From IMG/VR virus record IMGVR_UViG_3300020042_010636, positions 1 through 28,052 of that record: a DNA stretch of 28,052 nt; one strand, written 5' to 3'. Below the pieces are notes generated by a model that was not told where the DNA came from, did not search any database, and saw nothing but the letters and a program-made list of their open reading frames with translations. Origin of the DNA: a virus. Its lineage: Duplodnaviria; Caudoviricetes. The position numbers and the translations under genes were made by a program. The first letter of the stretch is position 1. Each line of letters begins with the position of its first letter. Of this stretch, positions 1 through 8,016 are shown in pieces.

Positions 1-261
1 GCCATCTTCTTCCTTCACTTCATCTGACTTCCTAGGGTCACCGGTAGAAAATTTACTGTCATTGGCATAGATGGGGAAGGCATACCTAGGCAGTGGCAGC
101 TCCCGGTAGGGGATTATAGGCGGGTTAAGTGTCCTAAATTCAGCCTGTTGCACTGCTGTTAGGGTATCCCACCAGGCATCAAAGGCTGTTTCTTCAGCCC
201 TGCCATCCCGCAGGTGTTGAAGATGTGCCATTTTCCTTCTCTTTATTGGGTCAGATGCCAC
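1..261 (-). CDS. hypothetical phage protein, partial (runs off the left edge)
   Basis: Hand translation: open frame from GTG 261 or ATG 231 (MAHLQHLRDGRAEETAFDAWWDTLTAVQQAEFRTLNPPIIPYRELPLPRYAFPIYAND...) with no stop before base 1; not in the ORF track. Confidence 0.6.
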   Translation of the reverse strand, partial: MASDPIKRRKMAHLQHLRDGRAEETAFDAWWDTLTAVQQAEFRTLNPPIIPYRELPLPRYAFPIYANDSKFSTGDPRKSDEVKEEDG

Positions 262-295
262 TAGATGAACAGTTTTTTTGTTTATGTTAGTGGTT

Positions 296-646
296 TTAAG
301 CCCCAGATTGGGCTGTTAGGCTATTAATCCACAGTTTTTTCTGCTTATCAAACTTTATAAATCCATAGCGCACAGCATAGACCCTAAGCCTTTTCAGTCT
401 GGCTTTGGATGGGTCAAGCCCTTGGGCTGCTAGGGCATCACCCATCAGCTGCTTGCTTAGGGATGCCTGGAATGACCTAGGAAGCCTTTGGATGACTTGG
501 CTGACACTTCCTGCCTTCCTTTCCTTTAAAGCCTTCCTAGAGGCAATCAGGGCATCCAGGTTAGCCTTCATAGCTTCTGGGTTAACCTTCCATTGCTTCT
601 TCCAATGTTGAAGCAGTGAGAAATGCCTTTTGCCTTTATTGGGCAT
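296..646 (-). CDS. basic hypothetical protein (possibly DNA-binding)
   Basis: ORF track 296..694; ATG 646 (MPNKGKRH) preferred because the upstream part overlaps the palindrome cluster; K/R-rich. Confidence 0.6.
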   Translation of the reverse strand: MPNKGKRHFSLLQHWKKQWKVNPEAMKANLDALIASRKALKERKAGSVSQVIQRLPRSFQASLSKQLMGDALAAQGLDPSKARLKRLRVYAVRYGFIKFDKQKKLWINSLTAQSGA

Positions 647-680
647 AGAACACCGGCTGACCGGAAGGGGAAGGGGTAGG

Positions 681-762
681 CATAGGGGGTGCATCCCCTT
701 GGCTTAGCGTAGCGTTAAAAGCCATAGGGGTAAATCCCCTATTATTACCCTTTAGGGTAATA
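681..762. repeat. cluster of inverted and direct repeats downstream of the helicase (candidate replication origin or regulatory site)
   Basis: ATAGGGG-taaat-CCCCTAT (724-742); TATTACCCT-tt-AGGGTAATA (743-762); related AGGGG-gtgcat-CCCCT (684-699). Confidence 0.55.
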
Positions 763-789
763 GGTCTGTGCCAGGGAAAGAACACAGGG

Positions 790-2112
790 TTAAACATCAT
801 CCTTAGAAGGGGGTGGTGCGTTGTTAATCTCCCACTTAATTTCACCCCTAACCTTACTGTGCCGGATGCGCAGTGACTCAGTGAACATACCTTGGGCATC
901 CCGCATCCCTGCCCTTCCTCCCCGCTTGCCTAGTTTGAAGATGAAGTGGGGCTGTTCAGCATCTTCCCTGCGCAGGATGGCTGTGCTTCTAAACCAATTT
1001 GCTAACTCACTACTGCCGGTGAAGTCATAGGTAGCTTGCACATTACCATCACCCTTCTTAGGGGGTTTGTTTTGATGGTGGACAGCTACCAGGGCGCAGC
1101 CTGTCCGCATAAGACAGGGCTGAAGGATGTGGCGCAGGAAGTGGCTGCAGAATTCCTGCTTAGATACATCCCCACCAGCGAACCCCAGCAGTGGGTCACA
1201 CACTAGCAGGTCTGCACTGTGGGTCTTAACCAAATCTTCAATCAGCTGCCCAAAGGCATCACCGGTCTTAACTGCTTCCCGGTAGATGAATACATTTTCA
1301 GCCAGGGTCTGATGGTCAGCCTGGGTTAAGTGCATTGCATTTGTTACATCTAACCACTGTTCACTTAAATCACCTAGGTCATTTTCACTTTGCAGCAGGA
1401 CAATCCGCAAGGGCTTGACCGGTTTGATGCCCCATAGGGGTTTGCCCAAAGCCCAATTTATAATCATTGAAGTGACCAGGGATGACTTACCACAGCCAGC
1501 CTGACCGGAAAACAGTAGGCTACCACCCCGGCACAGCCACCGGTTACCTATTAGGTTGTTAGGGTCATTGTGCCGGTCAAAGGCATACAGGTCTGGCAGC
1601 TGCATCCTTTGGGTGGTTGTTTGCCCTGTGTTGCCTTCCAGGATGGCTTTAGCCTGGGCTTGAAAGGATGTGGCTAACTCAGATGGCTTGAAAGCCCCGG
1701 ATAGTGCCTTGGCTGTAATGTCCCGGGCTATGTAGATTAACTGCCTAGCCTGGTGCTTCTCAGTCAGGATGTTGATGGCTGGTTTGATGTTCCCTGAAGG
1801 CGCAAACAGGCTAGCGGTCAATTCATTGATGTAACTGATGCCCCCTGCCTGGTCTAGTGCCAGGGTGCTTCTTAGGTGGTTGGATAGGGTTAATTCATCC
1901 GGGCTAATGCCTTCAGTGATGAGCTGCTGGCAAGCCTGGTAGATGGTCTGGTGCTTTGGTTCAAAGAAGGCATCTGGCTTCAGTGCTAGGTCAGTGCAGG
2001 TTTTGAAGATGCCAGCAACCTGGTCAGCATCTACCAAAATTGAAGCCAGCACTGTGCGCTCAGCATCCAGGTCTGAAGGTGGAAGCTGTGCGGGTGCTTT
2101 GTGGGTTGTCAT
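790..2112 (-). CDS. replicative helicase: DnaB N-terminal-like domain fused to a RecA-fold RepA/AAA_25-type ATPase
   Basis: N-terminal PPSDLDAERTVLASIL...FFEPKHQTIY...GGISYINEL (DnaB-N pattern); Walker A GQAGCGKS, Walker B LLVCDP, VHHQNK and GSS motifs. Confidence 0.8.
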   Translation of the reverse strand: MTTHKAPAQLPPSDLDAERTVLASILVDADQVAGIFKTCTDLALKPDAFFEPKHQTIYQACQQLITEGISPDELTLSNHLRSTLALDQAGGISYINELTASLFAPSGNIKPAINILTEKHQARQLIYIARDITAKALSGAFKPSELATSFQAQAKAILEGNTGQTTTQRMQLPDLYAFDRHNDPNNLIGNRWLCRGGSLLFSGQAGCGKSSLVTSMIINWALGKPLWGIKPVKPLRIVLLQSENDLGDLSEQWLDVTNAMHLTQADHQTLAENVFIYREAVKTGDAFGQLIEDLVKTHSADLLVCDPLLGFAGGDVSKQEFCSHFLRHILQPCLMRTGCALVAVHHQNKPPKKGDGNVQATYDFTGSSELANWFRSTAILRREDAEQPHFIFKLGKRGGRAGMRDAQGMFTESLRIRHSKVRGEIKWEINNAPPPSKDDV

Positions 2113-2135
2113 AGGTTGGGTGGGTTGTCTGTTAA

Positions 2136-2267
2136 TCAGTTATTAGGTTGCTTGGAAAGTTTTAAAACCCTGCGGACATAAATGCACTGATGGCATCTGC
2201 ATCCACCGGTAGGGTCAGCTGCTAGTGGCTTCTGCTTGGGCTTAGGCTTTTGCTTTGGCTTCTTCAT
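2136..2267 (-). CDS. small Lys/Pro-rich peptide with a GCRCxxC motif (43 aa)
   Basis: Hand translation MKKPKQKPKPKQKPLAADPTGGCRCHQCIYVRRVLKLSKQPNN*; CCTATG start context; fills the gap between methyltransferase and helicase. Confidence 0.45.
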   Translation of the reverse strand: MKKPKQKPKPKQKPLAADPTGGCRCHQCIYVRRVLKLSKQPNN

Positions 2268-3342
2268 AGGCTTTGATGCGCTCACCTAACAGCCGGATGA
2301 CCGGCACTGCCATTGAATTGCCTAGGGCAATCATCCGCAGGTTGTCTGGGCATTTGTCTGGGTGCTTACCCTTCCAGGGAATTTGGGTGTAGTTATCTGG
2401 GAAGCCTTGCAGCCTTTCCACTTCAACACAGGTCAACCTGCGCACACATTCAGCCCTGACTAGTGGGGTGTTATTTCCCCCTGTTCCGTATTTAGCCACC
2501 ACTGTTGGGGCTATGGTAGGGCAGGGTGTTATCCGGCTGTCCTGTCCGTGATTTTCATAAAGCACTGCTTCATCTACCACAGCTGATGTGCTGCGTATGT
2601 CACCCAGGTCAAACAGGTTGAAGGTGTTAGTGAAAGGGCTTTCAACCCAGGTTTCATAGCCATCACTGCTGACAGCCCGGGCTGACTTCCTAAAGTGCTT
2701 TAGGCTTCCTGCGCCTGTAGCAATAGGGCTTTGTGCAGTAGGGGTGGCAGTGTCCGGTCTTTCTTCACAGCCCTGGTCAAGATGCCCTGGCAAGCCTTGG
2801 GGCTTAAATAGTATTTGGGCAGCTGCTTCCCGGTCAGTAAGATGTGCGACAAGATAAACCCTGCGTCTACGCTGGGGCAGGGGTTTAGGGCTTCCTGTGC
2901 CTTTAGCATCCAGCACCCGCCATCCAAAACTATACCCGCACTGTCCCAATGCCCAGATGAAGGAAGCGAAATCTGCCCCCCGGTTACTGTTAAGCACACC
3001 TGGGACATTTTCCCACAGGACATAGGATGGGCGCAGCCTAGCAATAAGGCTGACAAAAACCAGGGTAAGGTTTCCCCTTGGGTCTGCAATTCCTTCCCGG
3101 TAACCTCCAATGCTGAAGGCTTGGCAAGGGCTTCCCCCAATGAGAATGTCAACTGTGCCGGGTTGGATGTTCCAGGTTGGGTGTTGGGTAATGTCTCCAT
3201 AGTTTTTATGTGTAGGATAATGATGCGCTAGGACAGCAGATGCAAAAGGGTTTATGTCTGCAAACCCAAGGGCTTTAAACCCCAAGGGCTTCCAGGCAAC
3301 AGATGCAGCTTCAATGCCACTGAACACAGAAAGGTAATTCAT
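2242..3342 (-). CDS. DNA (cytosine-5)-methyltransferase (alpha-like chain)
   Basis: Motif I SVFSGIEA, motif IV GGSPCQ, motif VI WENVPG, motif VIII QRRRRVY, C-terminal RRLTCVEVERLQGFPD and ALGNSM. Confidence 0.95.
   Translation of the reverse strand: MNYLSVFSGIEAASVAWKPLGFKALGFADINPFASAVLAHHYPTHKNYGDITQHPTWNIQPGTVDILIGGSPCQAFSIGGYREGIADPRGNLTLVFVSLIARLRPSYVLWENVPGVLNSNRGADFASFIWALGQCGYSFGWRVLDAKGTGSPKPLPQRRRRVYLVAHLTDREAAAQILFKPQGLPGHLDQGCEERPDTATPTAQSPIATGAGSLKHFRKSARAVSSDGYETWVESPFTNTFNLFDLGDIRSTSAVVDEAVLYENHGQDSRITPCPTIAPTVVAKYGTGGNNTPLVRAECVRRLTCVEVERLQGFPDNYTQIPWKGKHPDKCPDNLRMIALGNSMAVPVIRLLGERIKAYEEAKAKA
2700..3200 (-). CDS. nested alternative-frame ORF, putative methyltransferase beta-like subunit (EcoHK31I-type arrangement)
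   Basis: 166-codon same-strand +1-frame ORF wholly inside the methyltransferase; C-terminus LSHILLTGKQLPKYYLSPKACQGILTRA..LPPLL..AL resembles, from recall, the beta-polypeptide pattern; ACTATG start context. Confidence 0.7.
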   Translation of the reverse strand: METLPNTQPGTSNPAQLTFSLGEALAKPSALEVTGKELQTQGETLPWFLSALLLGCAHPMSCGKMSQVCLTVTGGQISLPSSGHWDSAGIVLDGGCWMLKAQEALNPCPSVDAGFILSHILLTGKQLPKYYLSPKACQGILTRAVKKDRTLPPLLHKALLLQAQEA

Positions 3343-3359
3343 TTGTCAAAGTCAGTTTA

Positions 3360-3797
3360 TCAAAAGTCTGGGGAGTCAGTAGTGTCAACCTGGTTAGTGA
3401 AGGGATGAAACTTAGTCACCTTGCAGATGGTTTTGGTAGTGCCATCAGCAAAGGTAACATCTTCCTGCACCACACTTACCTTCAGCCACTTGCCTTCAGC
3501 TTTGGAAAGGAATGTGCGCAAGCCTTCACCAGACCGGACAGGCAAGCCAACCTTATCACCGGTGGCTGTCCCGACAAAGGCAGCAGCGCGCTTCAGTGCG
3601 CCATCAGTGCTGGCAAAAAAGGTGTCATTAATCTTCTGACTGTCCTTAGTTACCATCAGCACTTTAATCTTAGCATCACCCTTCTGGGTGGTGGAAATGT
3701 CATCATCAGTAATCCGGCACACCTTAACCAGATAATCACCTGGCTGGGTGATGCGGGTAAGCTTAGGCTTAGGGTTGTTTTCGTTTTGGTAGCTCAT
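3360..3797 (-). CDS. putative single-stranded DNA-binding protein (DUF669-like)
   Basis: PGDYLVKV N-terminal motif, beta-rich, acidic tail ending DTTDSPDF, located in the recombination/replication module. Confidence 0.6.
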   Translation of the reverse strand: MSYQNENNPKPKLTRITQPGDYLVKVCRITDDDISTTQKGDAKIKVLMVTKDSQKINDTFFASTDGALKRAAAFVGTATGDKVGLPVRSGEGLRTFLSKAEGKWLKVSVVQEDVTFADGTTKTICKVTKFHPFTNQVDTTDSPDF

Positions 3798-3799
3798 TG

Positions 3800-4036
3800 T
3801 TATTGGTTAGTTTCGGTAGTGAAGGGTTTGACTGTAAGGCTTCCATCATTCAGCAGCTGCTGAAGCAGGATGGCAGTAGCAGGGTTGTCTGTTTTGACAA
3901 AGCCATTGCCACTGTAAAGGCAAGCAGTGCCGGTGGGTGACTCATCATTGGCATAGCGGAACAGATAGAAAGGGCTTTCCCCTTCCTTCCTAGCCTGGAT
4001 GACTTGCGCCACCCAGATTTTGCGTTTGGTTTCCAT
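3800..4036 (-). CDS. hypothetical protein
   Basis: ORF track 3800..4057; ATG 4036 abuts the exonuclease stop. Confidence 0.55.
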   Translation of the reverse strand: METKRKIWVAQVIQARKEGESPFYLFRYANDESPTGTACLYSGNGFVKTDNPATAILLQQLLNDGSLTVKPFTTETNQ

Positions 4037-4037
4037 A

Positions 4038-4916
4038 TTAGGCAAAGGTGATGCCATCTAACTCTGCCTTATTCTCATAAGGTTTCAGCATCTGGATTTG
4101 CTTAGGATAGGTTGGGTAACTGTTGAAGGCAGTAGCAGCCCGGTATGCTTCAACAGCCTGGGTGACCAGCACCCCACCTTCAGCAATCAATTCACTACTC
4201 ATTTCAAACACACCGGTGGCATTGGGTGCAGCCTTCTCACCACAGATGAAGCGGACACCCTGTGGGCGAACCCCGAACACCTGCTTAAACAGCAGACAAT
4301 AGAAGGCAGATTGGATGTGCCAGCCCCGCTTGTAAACTGTGCGCAGGACATTCTTAGGGGTGATGTATTCACCAAAACTTTTCAGGTCATAAATCCAACC
4401 ATCAGAAGTCACGAAATCTAACTGACCCTTCAGTTTAACATCACCATAGTCACAGGTTAGGCAGATTTCAGTGGCAAGGGGTGTGATGTTCCAATGCTTC
4501 ATTTCAGCATTTAAAGCCAGACCGGTGGTGATGGCTTCCTGGTATTCATCCCGGTCAGCAATGGTCTTACCCTGGCTGGTCAGCTCAAAATTATCCCACC
4601 AGGCTATTGCTTCCAAGGTTTCGGGCTTAGGCTTCTTAGCAGTGCGCTGCTTCTCAGTGGGCTTCTTAGGCGCATCTTCCGGAAGGCAGATGACCTGGCT
4701 AGTGAACAGCTCAGGTTCAAGGCAGAAAAGGTGGGTCAGACTGCCAATGCGCAGGGCAGGTGTTTCCTTCTTAGGGCTGTCCAGGTATGCCTTAAGGTGA
4801 CCGGGGCTAATTAAGATAAGCTTTGCAGCTGTCTGGTTAAGCGCACTGTGGGCATCATAGTCAGCCCTGTTCCAATTAGCAGTGGGCAGGTTATCAATCA
4901 TCTGTTTAGTTATCAT
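4038..4916 (-). CDS. PD-(D/E)XK exonuclease (RecE/ExoVIII, DUF3799-like)
   Basis: ALRIGSLTH, KGQLDF...IYDLKS and QSAFY motifs; near the ERF gene. Confidence 0.85.
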   Translation of the reverse strand: MITKQMIDNLPTANWNRADYDAHSALNQTAAKLILISPGHLKAYLDSPKKETPALRIGSLTHLFCLEPELFTSQVICLPEDAPKKPTEKQRTAKKPKPETLEAIAWWDNFELTSQGKTIADRDEYQEAITTGLALNAEMKHWNITPLATEICLTCDYGDVKLKGQLDFVTSDGWIYDLKSFGEYITPKNVLRTVYKRGWHIQSAFYCLLFKQVFGVRPQGVRFICGEKAAPNATGVFEMSSELIAEGGVLVTQAVEAYRAATAFNSYPTYPKQIQMLKPYENKAELDGITFA

Positions 4917-5145
4917 TGTGTTTAGGTGCTTTAGTTTTTTTGGTTGGGTTGCAGAAGGGAAAGGAAATGAAACCAGCGTTAGCCATCAGACAGAAAAGGG
5001 CTGCATCAGCCTTAGTGTCAAACCGGATAAGGCTACCATCCCAGGAAAGAAAGCCTGGGCTATGCTGGAACATCCCACCGGTGACCAGGATGAATAGCTT
5101 AGTGCTTCCGTTGCTGTCCCTGCCTTCTTCAATCTTAAAGGTCAT
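4906..5145 (-). CDS. hypothetical protein
   Basis: ORF track; CCTATG start; tight packing with neighbours. Confidence 0.55.
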   Translation of the reverse strand: MTFKIEEGRDSNGSTKLFILVTGGMFQHSPGFLSWDGSLIRFDTKADAALFCLMANAGFISFPFCNPTKKTKAPKHNDN

Positions 5146-5148
5146 AGG

Positions 5149-5355
5149 TTATTCAATGGGGTATTTCTTCCGGTAGGCTTCAGCCTGTCTTTCCAGGGCA
5201 TCAATCCTTTGGCGCATTTCCCTGGCATCCCAATCAACCTGCCGGATGCAACCAGCCAGGTCTTTCTGTCGGGTTAGCAGGTCAGCCATTATGTCTAGGA
5301 TTTGGCGCAGCTTAGACACCGGGTAGGGCTGGGGCTGTTTGTTTTCTTCAACCAT
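5149..5355 (-). CDS. hypothetical coiled-coil protein
   Basis: ORF track; heptad-like helix; overlaps the upstream stop. Confidence 0.55.
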   Translation of the reverse strand: MVEENKQPQPYPVSKLRQILDIMADLLTRQKDLAGCIRQVDWDAREMRQRIDALERQAEAYRKKYPIE

Positions 5356-5710
5356 TGTGGGCAGGGCAGATTGTCCGGATGGTCTTAACTAGGGAAGAAG
5401 CCCTGGCACTATCTTCCCTGGAATAATAATAGGCTTTGTCAGCTAGGTCAGCTAGGCAAAGGGCTGCTGTCTGGGTTACCTTCAGCCGGTCAGAATTGTC
5501 ACCCCGGATGGATTGCTTTAGCATCTGCACTTCTTCTAAAGCTGCCTGGTATAACAGCCAGGTGTGGTCAAAGGTAGCCTTGCTGACAAACTGCTTAGCC
5601 TGGGCTTCCAGGGCTGCTTCAGCCAGGGCAATGGGGATAAGGTTAGACATTCTTAATTGGGCATTTTCCTGCAAAGCAGCCTTTAGTTTCCTGCGCACTT
5701 GCTGGCTCAC
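5348..5710 (-). CDS. hypothetical helical protein
   Basis: ORF track; GTG start 2 nt after the ERF stop. Confidence 0.55.
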   Translation of the reverse strand: MSQQVRRKLKAALQENAQLRMSNLIPIALAEAALEAQAKQFVSKATFDHTWLLYQAALEEVQMLKQSIRGDNSDRLKVTQTAALCLADLADKAYYYSREDSARASSLVKTIRTICPAHNG

Positions 5711-5712
5711 TG

Positions 5713-6429
5713 TTAGCCATTGTTCACTGCTTCCATAAACGCCTGGGTCATCTTAGGGTTACCGGTCAACAGCTGCACTTTGTCATCCGGCAGGAAGTCA
5801 AGCTGCTCACCTTCCCTAATCCACCCCTTCTTCCATAGGATAACTTCAGCAGTTTTGATTTGGGTAGGGGTGGTGATGCCAATGCTTTCCCACCAGGATT
5901 TGCTAGGCTGGCTGGGCTGGGGCTTGGCAATGACTTGCTGTGCATAGGGCTTAGGCTTGCTAGCCAGGTTGCCATCATCATCAGCCAGGTCTGTGTCAGC
6001 ACTGATACCCGCTAGGGTGCTGATGGCATAACGCCTAAGATAAGTGGTAATGCTTCCAACCATCTGAAGGTTTGCGCCTTCTGACTTCACTGCCAATTCT
6101 TTAAAATCAAACCGGTGACCGGTGTGGTGCAGCACTTCTGTCTTAACACAAATCTTACCTTCTTCTGTGTAGGATGTTTGCAGGATAACCAAACCATAGC
6201 TGCAGAACACAGGCTTAACTTCAGCCAACAGGTCACTTAGCCCATAATACTTTGACTTAAAATGTGGGTTGAATTTCTCAGCAGCCACATTGTGACAGTG
6301 AGCAATAGCCAGCACCAGGGCTTCATTGGGGCTGAGCTGCTTGACAGCTTCAGATAGGATGACCGGGGTGATGGTGGCAGGGATGGAAGCCTGGGCTTCA
6401 GGCTGGGTGTTATCTTTTGTTTTCTTCAT
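5713..6429 (-). CDS. erf: ERF-family single-strand annealing recombinase
   Basis: NPHFKSKY, GSITTYLRRYAI and DDDG signature motifs. Confidence 0.9.
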   Translation of the reverse strand: MKKTKDNTQPEAQASIPATITPVILSEAVKQLSPNEALVLAIAHCHNVAAEKFNPHFKSKYYGLSDLLAEVKPVFCSYGLVILQTSYTEEGKICVKTEVLHHTGHRFDFKELAVKSEGANLQMVGSITTYLRRYAISTLAGISADTDLADDDGNLASKPKPYAQQVIAKPQPSQPSKSWWESIGITTPTQIKTAEVILWKKGWIREGEQLDFLPDDKVQLLTGNPKMTQAFMEAVNNG

Positions 6430-6451
6430 TGGATGTATGGGGGAAATGGGA

Positions 6452-6523
6452 AGCTTCAGACAGGGCTTGAACCTGCAACCTATGGTTTACAAAACCATTG
6501 CACTACCATTGTGCTACTGAAGC
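6452..6523 (-). tRNA. tRNA-Thr(UGU)
   Basis: Cloverleaf: acceptor GCTTCAG/CTGAAGC, D arm GCAC/GTGC, anticodon arm ATGGT-TTTGTAA-ACCAT, T arm GCAGG-TTCAAGC-CCTGT; no CCA directly after the discriminator. Confidence 0.9.
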
Positions 6524-6530
6524 AGTTTGC

Positions 6531-6740
6531 TTAGGCTTGCTTATCAATCTTCTGGGTTAGGGAAAGGTATTCAGCCAGGGTTTCAGGCTTGTCTAGGTTG
6601 ATGCGCTTAGTCTGACCTGCCTTGCCTGTTCCCAAATTCCACAGCTGATGACCATTGTGGATGATGGGCTTAAGTTTCCGGGCTACTGTGCCACAGGGAA
6701 GGATGACATAGGGGGTGCTTCCAATCGGTTTGATTTCCAT
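6531..6740 (-). CDS. hypothetical protein
   Basis: ORF track; CCTATG start. Confidence 0.6.
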   Translation of the reverse strand: MEIKPIGSTPYVILPCGTVARKLKPIIHNGHQLWNLGTGKAGQTKRINLDKPETLAEYLSLTQKIDKQA

Positions 6741-6755
6741 AGGGTGTGCGGGTGT

Positions 6756-7238
6756 TTAGTTTCTAGGTGAAAAGTTAAGGGCATAATCTAGGATAAGCAG
6801 GGCATCACTTGTCTTAAGGGTCAGACCGGTCACCCCTGGGTAACGCCTAGATGCTTCTGCTTTCAGGGCTGACTTCCATTTGCCTTGCATCAGCTTACCC
6901 TTGGTAATGCCAAGCCCTGCTTGCCAGGTCTGTGGGCTAACCAGAATAACCCGGTGCTGTCTGCCAGCAGCCCAGCCTTCCAGCCAGCCACAGGATTTGC
7001 CTAACTTAAAGGCTGCACTGCTAGGGATGATGCGCCCAACAAAGGGTGGCACTTTCTCAATAAAGATAACAGACCCAAAGGGGATAAGCTCAGACAGCTC
7101 AGCAGGGTCAGCCGGTATAGGGTGCAGGTCAATCATCACTGACCTATCTGGTCTGGTGCTGGCAAGTGCTAGCCCACCGGATGCACCAGGGTCAAGGGCT
7201 GCAACAGCAGGGAAGTTATCTAGAAGGGATGTTTTCAA
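6756..7238 (-). CDS. RuvC-like Holliday junction resolvase
   Basis: ALDPGASGG, IFIEKV, SPQTW and SDALLI acidic motifs; start codon (TTG) uncertain. Confidence 0.85.
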   Translation of the reverse strand: MKTSLLDNFPAVAALDPGASGGLALASTRPDRSVMIDLHPIPADPAELSELIPFGSVIFIEKVPPFVGRIIPSSAAFKLGKSCGWLEGWAAGRQHRVILVSPQTWQAGLGITKGKLMQGKWKSALKAEASRRYPGVTGLTLKTSDALLILDYALNFSPRN

Positions 7239-7245
7239 AGCAGGA

Positions 7246-7677
7246 TTATCTAAGCAGAAGTGATTTCCTCACTGTGATGGCTGGGCAATTCCTTATGTCA
7301 AACCCTCTTTTCCGGTAACCGGTGAACCCTAGATTGTGGATGGCATACAGGTCAACCAGGGTAGGCTTCCTGCCGGTGACCTGGGTGAAGCGCACAGCAT
7401 TGATGCTAAGCCAGCTGTGCAGGTATTCCCTAGCAATGGTTGCATCCAGGGCTTTATGGAATGGATAGACAGGCAGACCCTGCTTAACCCGCCAGGCTGA
7501 AGTGTCCTGCCAGGCTGCGTAGTGAAACTGTGCCAGCCCAAGCCCTGCACCCTGGTCACCTATAGCTGAAGGGTTGCCACTGCTTTCAATGGCAATGACT
7601 TTATCTAGCATAGCCGGGGTGATGGTAGCCTTAGCCACTGCGCACATAAGCAATAGGGGTAGCAAGGCTGCTTTCAT
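7246..7677 (-). CDS. lysozyme-fold muralytic enzyme (SLT-like) with N-terminal signal peptide
   Basis: IESSGN catalytic Glu motif, GLAQF, HNLG; N-terminus MKAALLPLLLMCAVAKA. Confidence 0.8.
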   Translation of the reverse strand: MKAALLPLLLMCAVAKATITPAMLDKVIAIESSGNPSAIGDQGAGLGLAQFHYAAWQDTSAWRVKQGLPVYPFHKALDATIAREYLHSWLSINAVRFTQVTGRKPTLVDLYAIHNLGFTGYRKRGFDIRNCPAITVRKSLLLR

Positions 7678-7982
7678 TTGCGGACAGGCATTGCATAGCC
7701 CTTCTGCACTTCACCATCTTCCCAGGTGACCCGGTAGCTTAGGGTTAGAAAGCCACCATAACCAATGTGGGCATCTAACCAGGCTTCAGTGCAGCCTTCA
7801 AGGGAAGCCAAGTGCTTTTGCTCATCAGCTAAAATGTCTTTTGCTTTCTTTAGCACAGCCTTTTCAGTCATATCCCCAAATAAAATCCGGTCATTGAAAT
7901 AGTAGAATTCCTGCAAAAGATTGTGAAGGATGAAGGTAGCAAAATCTTTACGCATCTGAAGTGGGGGTGGGTTATAATTCAT
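7674..7982 (-). CDS. hypothetical protein
   Basis: ORF track 7674..8129; CCTATG at 7982 (MNYNPPP) avoids overlap with the ligase. Confidence 0.6.
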   Translation of the reverse strand: MNYNPPPLQMRKDFATFILHNLLQEFYYFNDRILFGDMTEKAVLKKAKDILADEQKHLASLEGCTEAWLDAHIGYGGFLTLSYRVTWEDGEVQKGYAMPVRK

Positions 7983-8016
7983 AGGGTTGTCAAAGTGGAT
8001 GGGGTGGCAAGCCTGG

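Noticed and set aside
636-899. 87-aa minus-strand ORF spanning the helicase end and the palindrome cluster
   Set aside because: It overlaps the helicase 3' end out of frame and has no motif; the palindromes suggest a DNA-level function, although a shorter ORF here cannot be excluded.
6452-6523. tRNA as a prophage attachment site
   Set aside because: It is full-length, flanked by phage genes on both sides, with no duplicated 3' fragment and no integrase.
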